Shown here: positions 25,474 to 38,849 of the stretch, one piece after another
Layout of the letters: each line of letters begins with the position of its first letter
Numbering within the stretch: position 1 is the stretch's first letter
Notes under the pieces: generated by a model
Database searches by the model: none
What the model saw: the letters and a program-made list of their open reading frames with translations, nothing else
What the model was told of the DNA's origin: nothing
NCBI GenBank assembly: GCA_964276515.1
Contig: OZ193909.1
Span: forward strand, 11,780,001 to 11,844,000
Direction of reading: 5' to 3'
DNA from: Gordius albopunctatus
Lineage: Eukaryota
DNA: 64,000 nt
Made by a program: the position numbers and the translations under genes

Positions 25474-26918
25474 TTTACATGATTAACAATAGACTTGAAT
25501 GAATTTTCCTTGTTTTAGTAGTGAAAACGTTATCTCAGAAGAAACAGTTTTCGCGCACGAACACAATACTTGCACGGATACTTTGTCCGTGCTAGAACAA
25601 AACATAACGAATGCCATTCAAGAAGGATTGGTTCAGGACTCGGCTTTGGAAGAAACAATCGCGACCGGTCAAGTTTTACTTTTACCACAACAGTATTACA
25701 TCAAAAATCAGGTAATTTAAATATTATATGTATTCACACGATTTTATAAAATCATGAATCATTATAAATGTTGAACAATACGTTTTGTCTTTGTATAAAT
25801 TTTAATCTATTTTATGAAATAGATTTATCAAGTTTACCTCGTCCCTGTATCCTCTTCACCTACTAATTCAAATCAGGAAGGATCCGAGATTACTTAATAA
25901 TACTCAATCGGTCCTATTTATTAGCCAAATTTATTTTTATTTATACTCGACAAACTTATTTGTATAGATGTGCATTTTTTATTGTATGGTAAATTATTTC
26001 GGTATTAATCAATATTTTATTACCCAATATGTGGCGTTGATTGTTATAGTGTGCAGCTCAAGAAAAGAAGTTGTTATTGATATAATTACAATTAAGCCAT
26101 TAATAATTCCTGGAAGTATTTAAAACTAAATTTTGTTTACTATTGTCCTGATTCAAATATCCTATTTAGTGTGATTGGTGCGCTTTTTTAGATTTTGATT
26201 AAGACCCTCACAAATGATATCTATAACTCGGTTTTTTTATATAATCCTAGGGCGATTAAGTCAATTTTAAGTAGTAGATTGCCACATTTTTTGCTTAATG
26301 TTGATCATAATATTAATGACATTAAGAAAATTTCACACAGACCAGGTGTCTAAGTATTAAACCGGAAGCTGTCTTTTGTTGGCCCTAGGGGGCAATAAAT
26401 ATAGTTACGACCAAATTTTGTCTTGCATCATTAATTAAAATTTTTAAAGTTTCATGTAACATTTGGTAAGATCTTAATGTCCAATTTTATACATCAAAAG
26501 TATCATTTGCAGCCGGCTTTGATTTTGTTACTATTTATAAATTGGCTTTAAAATCGAACGCTTGATGGGAGTATTCTCTTGGTAGATCACGAATGGTTTA
26601 AAAATTTTAAGTGGTTATCTTAATGTGGGCAACGAAAAACTTGTAATACCTGACCATCCATAAAGTTTAATATTTGCAAGTATTGCTGCATGAATATGAC
26701 ATTACAACATATGCAATGTGACAGCAAAAGTTGTTTCCATAAGCCATGGGAATGATCTAAAGATTGACAAATTGGACATGAATGAATGAAGGGCAGCGTG
26801 AAAACAGGAAATTCACTTGCGAAATGCTATTGCCAATTACAAAATAAATTTATTACTCCATCGAATAATGTCTGTAAATGATAATAGGGTATATTTTACA
26901 ATATTTAGTTATAAACTA

Positions 26919-28260
26919 CTAGCTGTGCCCGGCCAAGCGTTGCTTTGGCTCAGTCCGTAAGTGGTTAAATAAGTAAATGCAAATAAATATCCATAATATT
27001 TATTTAAGAGCGATATAAAATATTTATTAATAATTCAAGCTTATAATGTATGGGTAATTAAGAGCTGTATGAAGATTTTGGCTGAAAGTATAATGTAAAA
27101 AATGATGTAAATAGTAAAATAAAACCTGCAAGGGAAAGTTGATGGATAAAGGCTAAATCAAAGATAGGTCTGTCTTATGAAAAATAAGGTAATACACGTA
27201 CTGTATTATAGCTTCTTGTGAATGTCTCGTCAAATTTGGTTATAATACTCTGGCGTAATAAAAAGGGGAGAAATGCTAAAAGAAATATAAAATTACAGAA
27301 TTTAAAAGGTGATCATACGCGAGTAAAATCAATGGGCTTTAATGGTAATTGCTAAAAGTTATGAGTGGATCTTTAATTATTCATGCAGAAAAGTAGTGAG
27401 GCGTTATAAAGAGGGTTGTAGGTTCGGGTAAGAGATGCTTCGCAGCTTAACTTCTTCCTTAGAAAGGAAGAAATTGCTATAATGCTTGGGGATAGACAAT
27501 ATTTTTGTTCATGTTATTATATGTGTAGATATACAAATTTTGTGGATTCCCGACGGGCGAACATGCAACATATAGTTGTCCATGTGAAAAACAATCTGTT
27601 TCTAAATCTATACCACAAATTTCTAGAGACTGGCCTTGAGCTTTGTTAATGGTAATAGCAAATGGGAGTTTAAAAGGAAATTGCAATCTTTTCAATTCAA
27701 AGGGTAAATCTGTTGGAATCAAAGGGATCCGTGGTATGAGGACATCTTCTCTAGTGAATGATCCAGTCAAAATCGTGGCTTCAACAACGTTGCACATTAA
27801 GCGTTTCACAGCGAGACGTGTGCCATTGCAAAGTTTGGGCTGAAAATGTGAAGTGGTATTCCTGGAAGATCAAGTGAATTTCAAAATTCGATTGGATAAT
27901 TAACAGCGTCATCAGCAACAACAACACTGTCAACCGACATGTAATTAATTAAATCGCCCTGAAAGTTTGACAGAATGAGATTGTTAAGCTCGCACACGTC
28001 TTTATTATTGGGGGCGGGAATAGCCCTTTGGCGAAGCCAAAGTCGATCATGATAATGAACGTTAATATTTAGAAACACTTTTCCAATCAAAGCACTTTTT
28101 GACGTAATAAAATTGCAGAAGTTGGTAGGAACAAAATCCGTCCTGAACATACATCAACGGGCATCGTTCCGTTCCGGATTTCTGGCAATTGATGGGAGAA
28201 TATCTCACCTGCAGGATCATTTTATAATAATACCCTCATATTAGTAGTTAGATGTGATTC
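26919..28260 (-). mobile_element. Helitron 3' portion with PIF1 helicase C-terminus
   Basis: ORFs carry RLQFPFKLPFAITINKAQGQSL, FSHGQLYVACS and NIVYPQAL. The 3' hairpin plus CTAG terminus is at 26919. Confidence 0.92.
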
Positions 28261-30546
28261 ATTTAAATAAATATATCCCTATCTTTTTTACCATGTAACT
28301 TGAAAATGATAACAGATATATAACTTTTCGCTCTTATTAGAGCTCATCAGTATGCCATAGTCAATTTTTTAGTCAAATTCTAAGCGAGATAGGTATATGT
28401 TATGGTGGTTAAGGAATAACTCTTATAATTTAATTATTTTGTTATATTATATTTGAAATTAATTAATAAAAGATAGGGATATATACATAGACTAGATAGA
28501 CGGCTCATTTCATATGTTTCATATGGTTAATTGTGTGTCTAATTTTCCTCCATTTTTAAGAGTGCAACTGGTGTATTTTAATCATGTAATTTTGCCCTTT
28601 AACAGTCAATTTACCTTCCTCCCTATTTTATAAATTAAAATGAACGTCATTTAATTAATATTATACAAAATAGCAATTAATATTGATGGCGCTATATTAT
28701 TAAACAAACTTTAACCGCATTTTTCGCATTTTTAATTTTTATGTATTGTTTAAATGATATTTATTTTAAAATGCTATTTTTGACATCTACCAAATAGAAT
28801 ATTTTTTTATTTACCTTTTCAAGATTATTTAGTTTGCGAAAAATACTAATTTCTATATGATCACCACTTTAAAATGTTCACATCAAATTGGTGGAAAAAA
28901 GGGTACACATTTTCTGCGTTAATGAGCAGTCTATGTGGTCTATGGATATATATAGTCCAATGAATGTCTAATTAAAATTGCATATAGATGGCGCTAATTA
29001 TAGTGTACTTTTAATTTAATTGCGGCACTCCGAAATGGGATATTATTATTATCTTCTTTAACATATTTAATTTTATTAATTTATTAATTATTACCTTATA
29101 ATTATGGATTCTTCATAATATTAATAATAATGCCAAAAATTCCCCAATAGCGCGAAGGTAAGGAATATATATATGTTTAATATATTATCATTAGCGCGGC
29201 TATTCTTCGTCGATACGCGAACGCGATTACAAAAAAGATACGAAAATCGATTTAATTCTACAATTTTTATAAATAAAAAGATGACTAAAAATTGTAAAGT
29301 ATTTTTGAGGTTTACCGAGATTTTCTATGTATCTTTATTGTGAACTAAAAATCTATAGTAATTCACATTCTATATTATCTTGTATAATTTCGAGGAGCGG
29401 GGGATAGTGGATATAAAAATAAACATCGCTAGCAATTTTTAAAAGAACAATGGCCTCAATGTTATTAAATTTAGAAGGTATAAATTTTTATTTAGACGAT
29501 ATCTTGATCACTGGTTCCGCTAAGGACGAACATGACAAGCGTTTAATAACTGTGTTGAAATTAATTAAGGCAAAAGGCTTACGTATTGCTGCGAAGAAAT
29601 GCGTTTTTGCTGTAGAACAGGTTATGTATTTACGACACATATATTAGGAGACGGTTGTGTTAGACCAAATCTTACTAATATGTATGCTATTCAAAATGCA
29701 AGAATACCTTTGAATAAAAAACATATCTTCTTCCTCATCATCCGTTCATAGAACTTGTATTGGATACCAAAAGTTTTAATTTTTAATCAATATTATTTTC
29801 CCCATCATTTTTTCCTATAACTTTTGATCTTTAAAAGTGGTTTTTAAATAAGTGGATAAATTTAGTTTTTTTTAAATAAAATTAAACTCTTATTATCATT
29901 TTTAGGGTTAATGACTTATTATAACAGGATTATCAGTGATTATAGTAAATATGCAACTCCATTGTATGATTTAATTGGCATAAATAGCATATATAATTGG
30001 ACTGATGAGCATGAAGTAGAGAACTGCAAAGTCACTTTTTTTCAACCCGAACCCGACCCGATCCGAAATTATTTTAAAAATTTTAACCGGAACCCGACCC
30101 GAAAGCATTTTAAAATTTTCAACCGAAACCTCACCCGGCCCGACCCAAAAGAGTTCAAAAATTTTAACCGAATCCCTTTTGAACGTGTTTCAAATTTTGG
30201 TTTGCATGGGCGTAGCCAGGGCGTGGCAGGAACGGACGGATGGCACCCTCTTAATCCAAAAAATCTTAGATATTTTATCAAATTATGGCTAAAATTAAAA
30301 AAATGGTCTTTAATCATTATTGCCCCCCCCTCTAATTTCAATTTCCTGGCTACTCCCATGAGGGTGTTTAAAATTTAATCGACAAATTAAAGTGCGATTC
30401 ATGAAAATAATGGATTCCACAGATTTTGATTACTAGATTATGATCGCATACCATATCTGGTCACATTCAATTCGAAACATAGAGTTTTGCAAATGAATCA
30501 TTTAATAAATTTAAACATAATCTTATTTGTTTTATGAATATATATC

Positions 30547-33112
30547 TTTTTTTTCCTATAGCTGTTTGTCACATTTAGTGGTCAGCTCCTTCAAGTAGGT
30601 TCTCCATGTATTCCTGCACTTACACCATCTTCGCTTTAGCTCGTACCTTCTCAATTCCATATCAATTTTATGCTTCCATGTCAGTTTAGGTCTCCCTCTC
30701 TTTCGCTTACCTTCTACTTGCACTTTCTTGATACGATTTGCCAAGTGACTTTCCTCCCGTCTCTCAAAATGGCCATACCATCTCAATCTTCTTACCACCA
30801 ACTTTCTCTGAATTGGTATATTTAGTTTATCCCTTATGTCTTCATTCCTTATATGGTCCTTTTTGCTTATTCCCAAGATCCATCTTAACATTCGCATCTC
30901 CATTGTAGCCAAGTTTTGCTCCTCTTTTGCCCTAATTGTCCAGGTTTCAGCCCCATACAATACCGTGGGTACGATAACGGTGTTATATAACCATCCTTTC
31001 AATTTGAGTGGTATGTGCTTGTCACATAAGACACCACTCAACTCTCTGAATTTTAGCCAGCCTGCGTTTATTCTTGCCTTAATTTCGTTTTCCACATCAC
31101 CATCACATTGTACCCTAGAACCAAGATATTTGAATTCTTTCCTGCTGCTTAAACACGAGTCATCGATCTGCAGGTGTGTTTCTTTGTATTAATTCCCCCG
31201 ACTCCAAGCATACATATTCAGTCTTATCTCGGTTGACCTTAAGGCCTTTGTTTTCAATTCGTTCCATCCACACTTTTACCTGCTCTGCTAATTTAACGTT
31301 TGAGCCTGCACACAGGACGATATCATCCGCAAAGAGCATTGCCCAGGGTGATTCGCGTTTCAGGTTCTTTGTTATCGAATCCATTATTGTTATGAAGAGC
31401 AATGGACTTAGGGCCGATCCTTGATGCACACCGACATTTAGACTGAATTCCTTTGATGTACCACCGGATGTCCGTATTTTGGTTTTTGCGTTTCTATACA
31501 TATCCTTTATTAACATTATATAAGCATCTGGTACATCATTGGAACTAAAGCTATCCCATATCCACTGCCTTGGTACTTTATCGAAAGCTTTCTCAAGATC
31601 AATGAAACACATATGAAGATCCTTTTGTTTTTTCTTATATACTTCCATAAGTCTCCTAAGACCATGTATTGCATCTGAAGTCGACTTTCCAGGCATTAAC
31701 CCAAATTGTCCTTCATCTATTGATATTATTTTTCGGAGTCTAGCTTCTATAACCTTTTCCCACACCTTCATTACGTGACTCGTTTACTTAATCCCTCGAT
31801 AGTTGTTGCATTCTTGTACATCTCCCTTCATTTTATAGATAGGTATAACATAGCTTTCCCTCCACTCATCCGGCATCATACCACTTGCAAGTATTTTGTT
31901 AAACAGCTTTGCAAGTAGATGTACACCTAAGGGTCTTAGCATTTTAAAAGTTTCCATAGGTATAATATCAGGTCCCACCGCTCTGTCCATGGTCATTTTT
32001 TTAAGCACCTGGTCAATCTATTCTTCTGTCACTTCTAACTCTGGGTCATATTCATAGATCTTGCTATCGCAGTAGTCGGAAAACCCATTTTCATTGTTTA
32101 ATATTTCTTTATAATATTCTTCCTAACGATCTGTGATCTCATGGTCCAGAGTTAGAGTGATGCCATCTTTGCTCTTTATGGTTTTCACGTTTACAACATC
32201 CTTTGAGTTCCTTGCCCTGGTCTTTGCGATTTTGTAGATCATTCTTTCCCCTTCTTTACTGGTTAACTTAGCATTCAAATTCTCCTAGACATCTGTTTTA
32301 GCCTTGGCTACACAACGTTTTGCCACATTTTTAGCTTTCACATATGCCAGTCGTGTTTCCTCATTTCTGTTGCCTGACCATAATTTGTAAAGCCTTCTTT
32401 TCAATTTGACCAGGCGTTGCACGTCTTCGTTCCACCACCATGTCTCCTTATCTTTTTGTATACCTGGTTTACCTTCTCCTAGACGTGTTAGCTATTTTTT
32501 TCCACATATCGTTATCATTCTGCTGATCATCTATTTGCAGCCGTTCAACTATTTGATCATTGTAAATATCTTTCAATTTTAGTAGCCGGAACCATTTAAT
32601 TTTCCCGTTTAATCTCTTCGGGATTTGTGTTTTCGCTTTGGAGATGGTATAGTCCATCACAACAAGTTTATGCTGGGCTGAAATAGCTTCACCTTGTATC
32701 ACCTTACAATCTCGTACATTATTTAATTCCTTTCTTGATAATAGGAGGAAGTCAATCTGCGAAGATCGATTTCCACTTTTGTACGTTATTAGGTGATTTA
32801 TATTCTTTTTGAAGAAGGTATTTGTGATGCCCAAATCAAATGCAACGGCTATTTTCAATATTTCGTCGCCTTCATCGTTTCTCGCTCCGTAGCCATTTCC
32901 ACCATGTTACCGTTCGAATCCTTCTTTTGTTTTGCCTACGTGACCATTCATATCTGCTCCAATTATAACTATCTCGGCTCTTTTCGTCTAATTCTTCCCG
33001 AAATTCCTCTTTTTCTTCATCTGTGCATACTGGGAAACTACATCAATTATTTTACATTCTATGCATAGTTTTAACATCATGAGTCGCCCACTTTTTCTTT
33101 GTACCTCAATGA
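30547..33112 (-). mobile_element. RTE-clade LINE (partial APE, RT, C-terminus), 5'-truncated, with stops
   Basis: SSQIDFLL, FIDLEKAFDKVPR, GVHQGSALSPLLF, LFADD and RLRWYGH. Nearly identical to 40895-43935. Confidence 0.95.
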
Positions 33113-33159
33113 ATATATATCTACGTAGTTTAAATTAATAATGAACTATAACTTCAGAC

Positions 33160-33304
33160 CATGGCCGTAGCCACCCCCCTGAATGGCGAAAAAAAAATTT
33201 CAATGCAAAAAGCCTTAGAAATTAAAAAATTATGTCCCCCCCCCCTAATTAAACTTTTGAACGATTGGCCCCCCCCCCTAATCAAAAAACTGGCTACGCC
33301 CATG
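33160..33304. mobile_element. hAT-type MITE (CATGGGCGTAGC family)
   Basis: TIRs plus TSD CTTCAGAC/CTTCACAC; an inverted relative of 2689-2854. Confidence 0.85.
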
Positions 33305-34382
33305 CTTCACACTATTTAAATACAATTTAAAAATATTATTTTTTGATATATTTTAACTTTCACGAGTCAAATTTAAATTTGTGACCAAATTAAAACAATC
33401 AGATTTAAAAAAACAAAATGAATTTTTATTAACTTAATGAATGATCTACAATTATAAACTTCCATGTTAATTAAAAAATATTATACAAATAGCATTATTT
33501 TTATAGATATGTCCCGTGTATTCTGCAATGTAAGATTCATAACCCTTGAACCGACACTTTAAATCCAACCCCACCCGACCCGAAAGCATTTCAAAATTTT
33601 TAACCCGAACCCGACCCGATCCGAAAATTTTTTAAAATTTTCAACCCGGACCCCACCCGATATTCCAGGTCGGGTCTCGTGTCACCCGTGCAGTTCTCTG
33701 GCATGAAGCATGTTATAATTAATTAAAACAAGTTCTATTAAGGCGAACTATATTAAAATGTCATGATCCTGACGCATCTAAATGGAATTGGTGGTGCATT
33801 ATGCCAATTAGAAGGCAGTGTAGAACACCCTGTAATATATTTTTCTCGTAAATTAACTAAACCTGAATTAAATTATTCGGTAATAGAGAAAGAGGCGTTA
33901 GCAATGGTTTATGGCCTGAAACGATGTAGAAAATATTTAGGCGGAAAATCATTCATCGTTCATACAGTTCACAAACCATTGGTCTCTTTGTTCTTTAAAA
34001 CTAATACCGATTTTTTAATGTCACCAAGATTACAAAGATGGCTATTAACTTTAGGTAATTTTACTTTAACCTTAAAATATCGTAAAGGAGATGAAAACCA
34101 TTTGGCCGACGAAATGTTGCGTTCGGGCGCTCACACAACGGAGGTTATGAATCCATCTTTGAGTTGCGATATTGTTTGTGAACATGTAGTTAATTGTAGA
34201 ATTCGTTAATGACGATCCCGATTTAAGTTTAATTAGAAATATTTTATCAGGATCGGACGAATTCGCACAAATCCCTATACCTTTTAAGCACGTGTTTAAT
34301 GAACTTTATGTTGATGAAGGTGCGATCAAAAGGCAAGGGAAATTGGTAATACCAATAGGGCTTAGGAAACAAGTATTAGAAC

Positions 34383-35383
34383 TAGAGATCTGCAACGGGC
34401 CGTTTTTAGAAGTTCGGCCCGCCCGTACCCGATTTCAAAACTTCAGGGCCCGTCCGAGCCCGTCTGTAAATTTTTAATGCCCGTTCGTACCCGTTTAGAA
34501 AGACGTCAGGACCGCCCAAGCCCGTTCAAATTTTTTTTAAAAGAACTCCGCGCCCGGCCCCATCAAAAATTTCACAAACTTTTTTAAAATTTTTTGTGAT
34601 ATTAATAAAAAACATCAATAATTAACATGCAAAAATAATAAATGATCCATTATTTCTGCAGTTAAAACACCTAAAAAATTTTAATATAGAACCACCATTA
34701 AATTTAAATATGAGAATATTCCACTTTAAACAATTTACTTTTATTTGACTAATTAAATTAATAACTTAAGAAGTTAGAATTCAGTATTACAATTAAATTG
34801 AAATACTTTACAAAATTACATGAGAATATTCAACTTTTAATAAGCAGTTTACTTTGATTTATTTAATTCATATCAGTTAATACAACTAAATTTTAGATTA
34901 GAACTTAAATTTATTAAATTATATGGTCCTAATAATAATTATACCAGTAAAATTACTGATAAAATGAAACAGAGAAATTTTGGTGTATTGTAAGTGTAAC
35001 TAAGTAATTGAACTTATATATAAAAGAATATACGAAGCTATAATCGTAAATTATGAATAAAAATGTTTTAAAGTCAAATTTAGCGCTTGAAAAAGGGATG
35101 AATGCTGCAGGATTTACGAAAATTAGAGGTTAAAAAAATTAAGCAATTAATAATGTATATATTTAATAAAAATCATACATTTATATAATTGTCTGGCTTT
35201 TAAGAATCTTTTTCAAGTCGTTTATAAAACGTCAAGCCCGTTAAAACCCATTAAAAAATCTCAGGCCCGCCCGAGCCCGTTCCATTAATTTTTAAGCCCT
35301 TCCGGGCCTGCCCGTTAAAATTTTGATGATACAAAGCCTCTCCGTACCCGCCCGTGGGCCGGGCCTGCCCGTGCAGATCTCTA
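34383..35383. mobile_element. hAT non-autonomous element, 1 kb
   Basis: TIR TAGAGATCTGCA...TGCAGATCTCTA, perfect TSD ATTAGAAC and GCCCGT subterminal repeats. Removing it restores Gypsy RKQVLELLHASH. A second copy lies at ~60505-61571. Confidence 0.92.
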
Positions 35384-36312
35384 ATTAGAACTGTTGCATG
35401 CAAGCCATTTTGGAATCGTAAAAATGAAACAAATTGCACTAGATTACTTATGGTGGCCTAAAATTACAAAGGATATTAATGCTTTGGTTAGGCTTTGCAA
35501 ATTGTGTAAAATTAACACAGCTATGCCGCGAAAAGATAAAAGCGCGACTTTTAATCTTAAATTAATAAAACTTTAAAGGATTAAACATCTAGTACTTAAT
35601 TATTTTATTCACATCAACTCATCATTGCTGATATGTATAATGAATTAGTATTAATTTCAAATAAATTATAAAACAAAATGGCGTATATAATTTTAATCTA
35701 TAAATATAACTCCGTTTTCTTTGTCCTCTAATAATTCCTAAAGTTCTCGATCGATTGCCAATACTTTTTATCGACCTGCGACAGCTCTAACCCAGTTTTT
35801 TAATAGTGCTTACCGCCATCTAGCGGCTTATAAATTTTATATATTGAAATGGGGCACGAATTTTATCACGTCATGGATTTTATGAACCCACGATTTTTAG
35901 TATATATATAATAAGACAAACCAAAGGCAAATTCTGTTTTAGTCATCAAATTCGAATAAAATTAAATGTTTTTGAAAAAATTGCTGATTAATGCTGGTAC
36001 TTATTATACAATAATACCATTATTTTATTTTTCTAGTTAGCTGATTTATTTGAAATACAATTTTCTTTAATATAATAAAATAATTAATTGAAGGATGGAT
36101 AATTATTAAAAATATGCTTCTATGACCGACCATGTGATAATAATGGCAAAAATTGCATAATTTGAATTTTATTTATTTAATTTAAATAGTTTGTTAAACC
36201 CCAATAATTTTGACCGTATACTGTAACATTTTTATTATACTTTTAAATATCTAATTCGAGAAAACTTGAGTTTTGTATGTATGATGTCATTATTGTATAT
36301 GATGCTACAAAT

Positions 36313-36493
36313 GAAACTGGCCTTGAAATGTCCGATATTTTAAAACTAAAAGGTATTTTAGGAATCTGAAAAGCTATTTTACCCCTGACCGCCCAGGGAA
36401 CCCACGGGTAAATTTTTGCGCGAATCGGGCCGGTAGTTTCAGAATTTAGCCCTTACATACATACACTTTACTTTATATATATATATATTTAGA
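36313..36493 (-). mobile_element. Helitron 5'-end fragment (same unit as 24218 and 25158); a separate Helitron 3' end lies at ~36526-36560
   Basis: AAACTGGCC..GAAATGTCCGAT...TTTAGCCCTTACATACATAC matches the 24-25 kb unit. CCCGGCCAAGCGTTGTTTTGGC matches the hairpin at ~26928. Confidence 0.7.
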
Positions 36494-38849
36494 TATAGGC
36501 TATTAATGACCTAATTTATATTTAACTATCTGAGCCCGGCCAAGCGTTGTTTTGGCTTAGTCCCTAATTAGTTAAATAATTAGTACAAATTAATTTGTAA
36601 ATAAAAATGAAATAAAAACATGGCCATGCATTAAAGCTAATCCATTCATAGTTGTGATTTTTTAAGATGTATTGCTAATTAATTTAATGTCAATTGCTTT
36701 AAAAGCTACTTATTAATAATATCTATGATACCTGTATTTGCAACATTATTCCAACAAGGTAAATATGGTCTTAAAGTCAAAGCTCCCCTATTTCTTTTCA
36801 ATATTATATTAGTATATATAGTGCCTATATTTTTAATTTATTTTTCTCCTATATTATCGTATAATTTTTAAAAGCGAGCGAATTATAGAGCCTTGACTTT
36901 TGCACAAGTAAACCGGTATTATTTTATCTTAAATCTGTTGAACTATCTAGAGACATAACAATTGACTTTTATGTAATATTTCTTATGCTTTCAGATACAA
37001 ATCTTATTTATAGTTTTTATTAGCAGTATGAATTTTAAAATCTAACATATCTTTATTAAAGCTATAGAAACAATTAATAGCTTAAAATGAACTCTTAAGG
37101 ACATTAGAGGTAATGCTTATTACGTCACCATGAAACACCTTATAATAAAGCACTTTCGTTAGTGCATATCCTCAAAATCTTTTAATAAACCTAAAAAAAG
37201 AAAAGCAATTTAAAATATTTTTATTTTAAAGTTTAATTCCAAAAATATTTATTTTAAAAGTAAATTGATTTCCAAATATGGAAGGAATAGATATTGACTA
37301 AAATGTAAGAATCTTTGAAATTATTTGTATTTATAGTGTTTTAAAAAGAGGTAAGCCCTTATCTGTTTTTGCGACGACTCTTGATTATAATAATAAATTA
37401 TTATAGTTCAACTTTGCCAGATGACACTGCTAATTTTTCTGTTATTTGCCATTGGTCGGGTTAAAAGTTATAAATCTTATATTGCATAATAAACATATCG
37501 TTTAAATTTATGCTATCATATATAATATTTTATAATGAATATTGAAACATGTGATTAATTTATCTTATAAATTCATTAATATCTTTTAAGTTATATCTGA
37601 ATTTTGGATTTCAGCAATTTAAAAGTCAGAAAGGTAGAATATCTTCATTGATGCTAAAAATTATAATAAACATATAATTAATATCGCAAAACTTTTTAAC
37701 GATTTGTGAACTCTCATTTTTCTTTTTTAAATATTGATGCTAAACTTGCTTAGAATAAAATAAAATTATCATGAATATTTATTGAACGAATGATTTAAAT
37801 GTATAAAAAATATGATTAAAAAATTAGAGTTTTAAAAAAATGATCAAATTTTATCCTTTCATTTCCGCACAATTGCCACAGCCAAGATTAACCTTAAAAT
37901 CAAAATTGATTGAGAATAAAGACAGTCTCATTTTAATTTAGCAAAAGTTTAAGAATATCTGCATTTTTTATGGTGCCTACTAAAAATGAATGGCTTGTTA
38001 AGTGCCATACTTTGGGTGAAATAAACTTAAAAAATGTCTAAATTAGAATTCTTTTTTATAATGCTCTCACTTCTGGCAAACATGTTTTAAAATTTTGTCA
38101 AATCTGTAGTTGTTTTTATTTGAGATAACATTTTGTTGCTATTTAAAAACATTAGTATCAATTTTACACCAATCACTTTTTTTACTTTCGGGTCGGATTC
38201 GGGTTGAAAAATTTTGAAACGCTTTCGGGTCGGGTTCGGGTTAGAAAATTCAAAACGCTTTCGGGTCGTGTTCGGGTTGAAAAAATTTAAAAGCTTTCGG
38301 GTTCGGGTTGAAAAAAAGTGACTTTGCAGGCTCTACCCCTTTGGTATCCCAACCAATTATTAATAGATTTTATCTTAGAAAATAATAATTATATTTATTA
38401 ATTATTAAATTAGTTAATCTTTTAAAATTTCCGCTTTTTTATTTATTGACAAGTAATGAAAATAGACAGGCAATTATTTTTAAGGTTATTAGCTTGAAAC
38501 AACAGCTTCAATAAATATGTATGGTATATTATTTGGGATTGGGCAATCATTGATCATTTTATATATATTATAATTTTTCTTGTCAATATACCGGTTTCAT
38601 TGCGTTTATTTGTACAAACTCACTATATCTTATATATAAAAATGAAACTATGTATGTGTGTATTAGAGGTGTGCACGGATCAATCCGATCCGTCCGAACT
38701 CGGATCGGATCAACATTTGAATTTTGGAAGTCGGATCGGATCGTATCAACATTTTATTTTAGTCGGATCGGATCGGAAATAAACAATAATAAGGTCTAAT
38801 TAATTAAATTAATAATTTTTAGTATACCTTTTCATAATTATTTTTTTAA

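Larger units (their letters stand above)
22300..25900 (+). pseudogene. Possible degenerate spliced gene with Ulp1/SENP-like protease motifs
   Basis: Exon-like blocks with GTGAGT/GTAAGT donors at 22398 and 22626. Motif-like peptides occur in the expected order: IILTRQQYE..NNWL, LVLILIFLSNH..LTCIAQP and APYQSDANNC. There are stops and frameshifts, and the assignment is by eye only. Confidence 0.3.
30017..33700. mobile_element. hAT non-autonomous element containing two MITEs and an RTE
   Basis: TIR TAGAGAACTGCA...TGCAGTTCTCTG, perfect 8-bp TSD GCATGAAG, and ACCCG subterminal repeats. A lone end of the same family lies at ~38185-38336 (-). Confidence 0.9.
29430..35560 (+). mobile_element. Fragmented Gypsy pol (RT, RNase H, integrase zinc finger) split by nested insertions
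   Basis: YLDDILITG (ORF 29450-29647), SFLGLMTYY, YFSRKLTKPELNYSVIEKEALA and LHASHFGIVKMK...CKLC are colinear on the + strand once the inserts are removed. Confidence 0.85.

Noticed and set aside
26230..26830. Weak Academ/XPG-like transposon peptide hints (LPFIHS, PTKDS)
   Set aside because: Too degenerate to support without a profile search.
37040..38160. Possible hAT transposase remnant
   Set aside because: Only a faint TIATA..RIKT resemblance; no continuous frame or paired TIRs.
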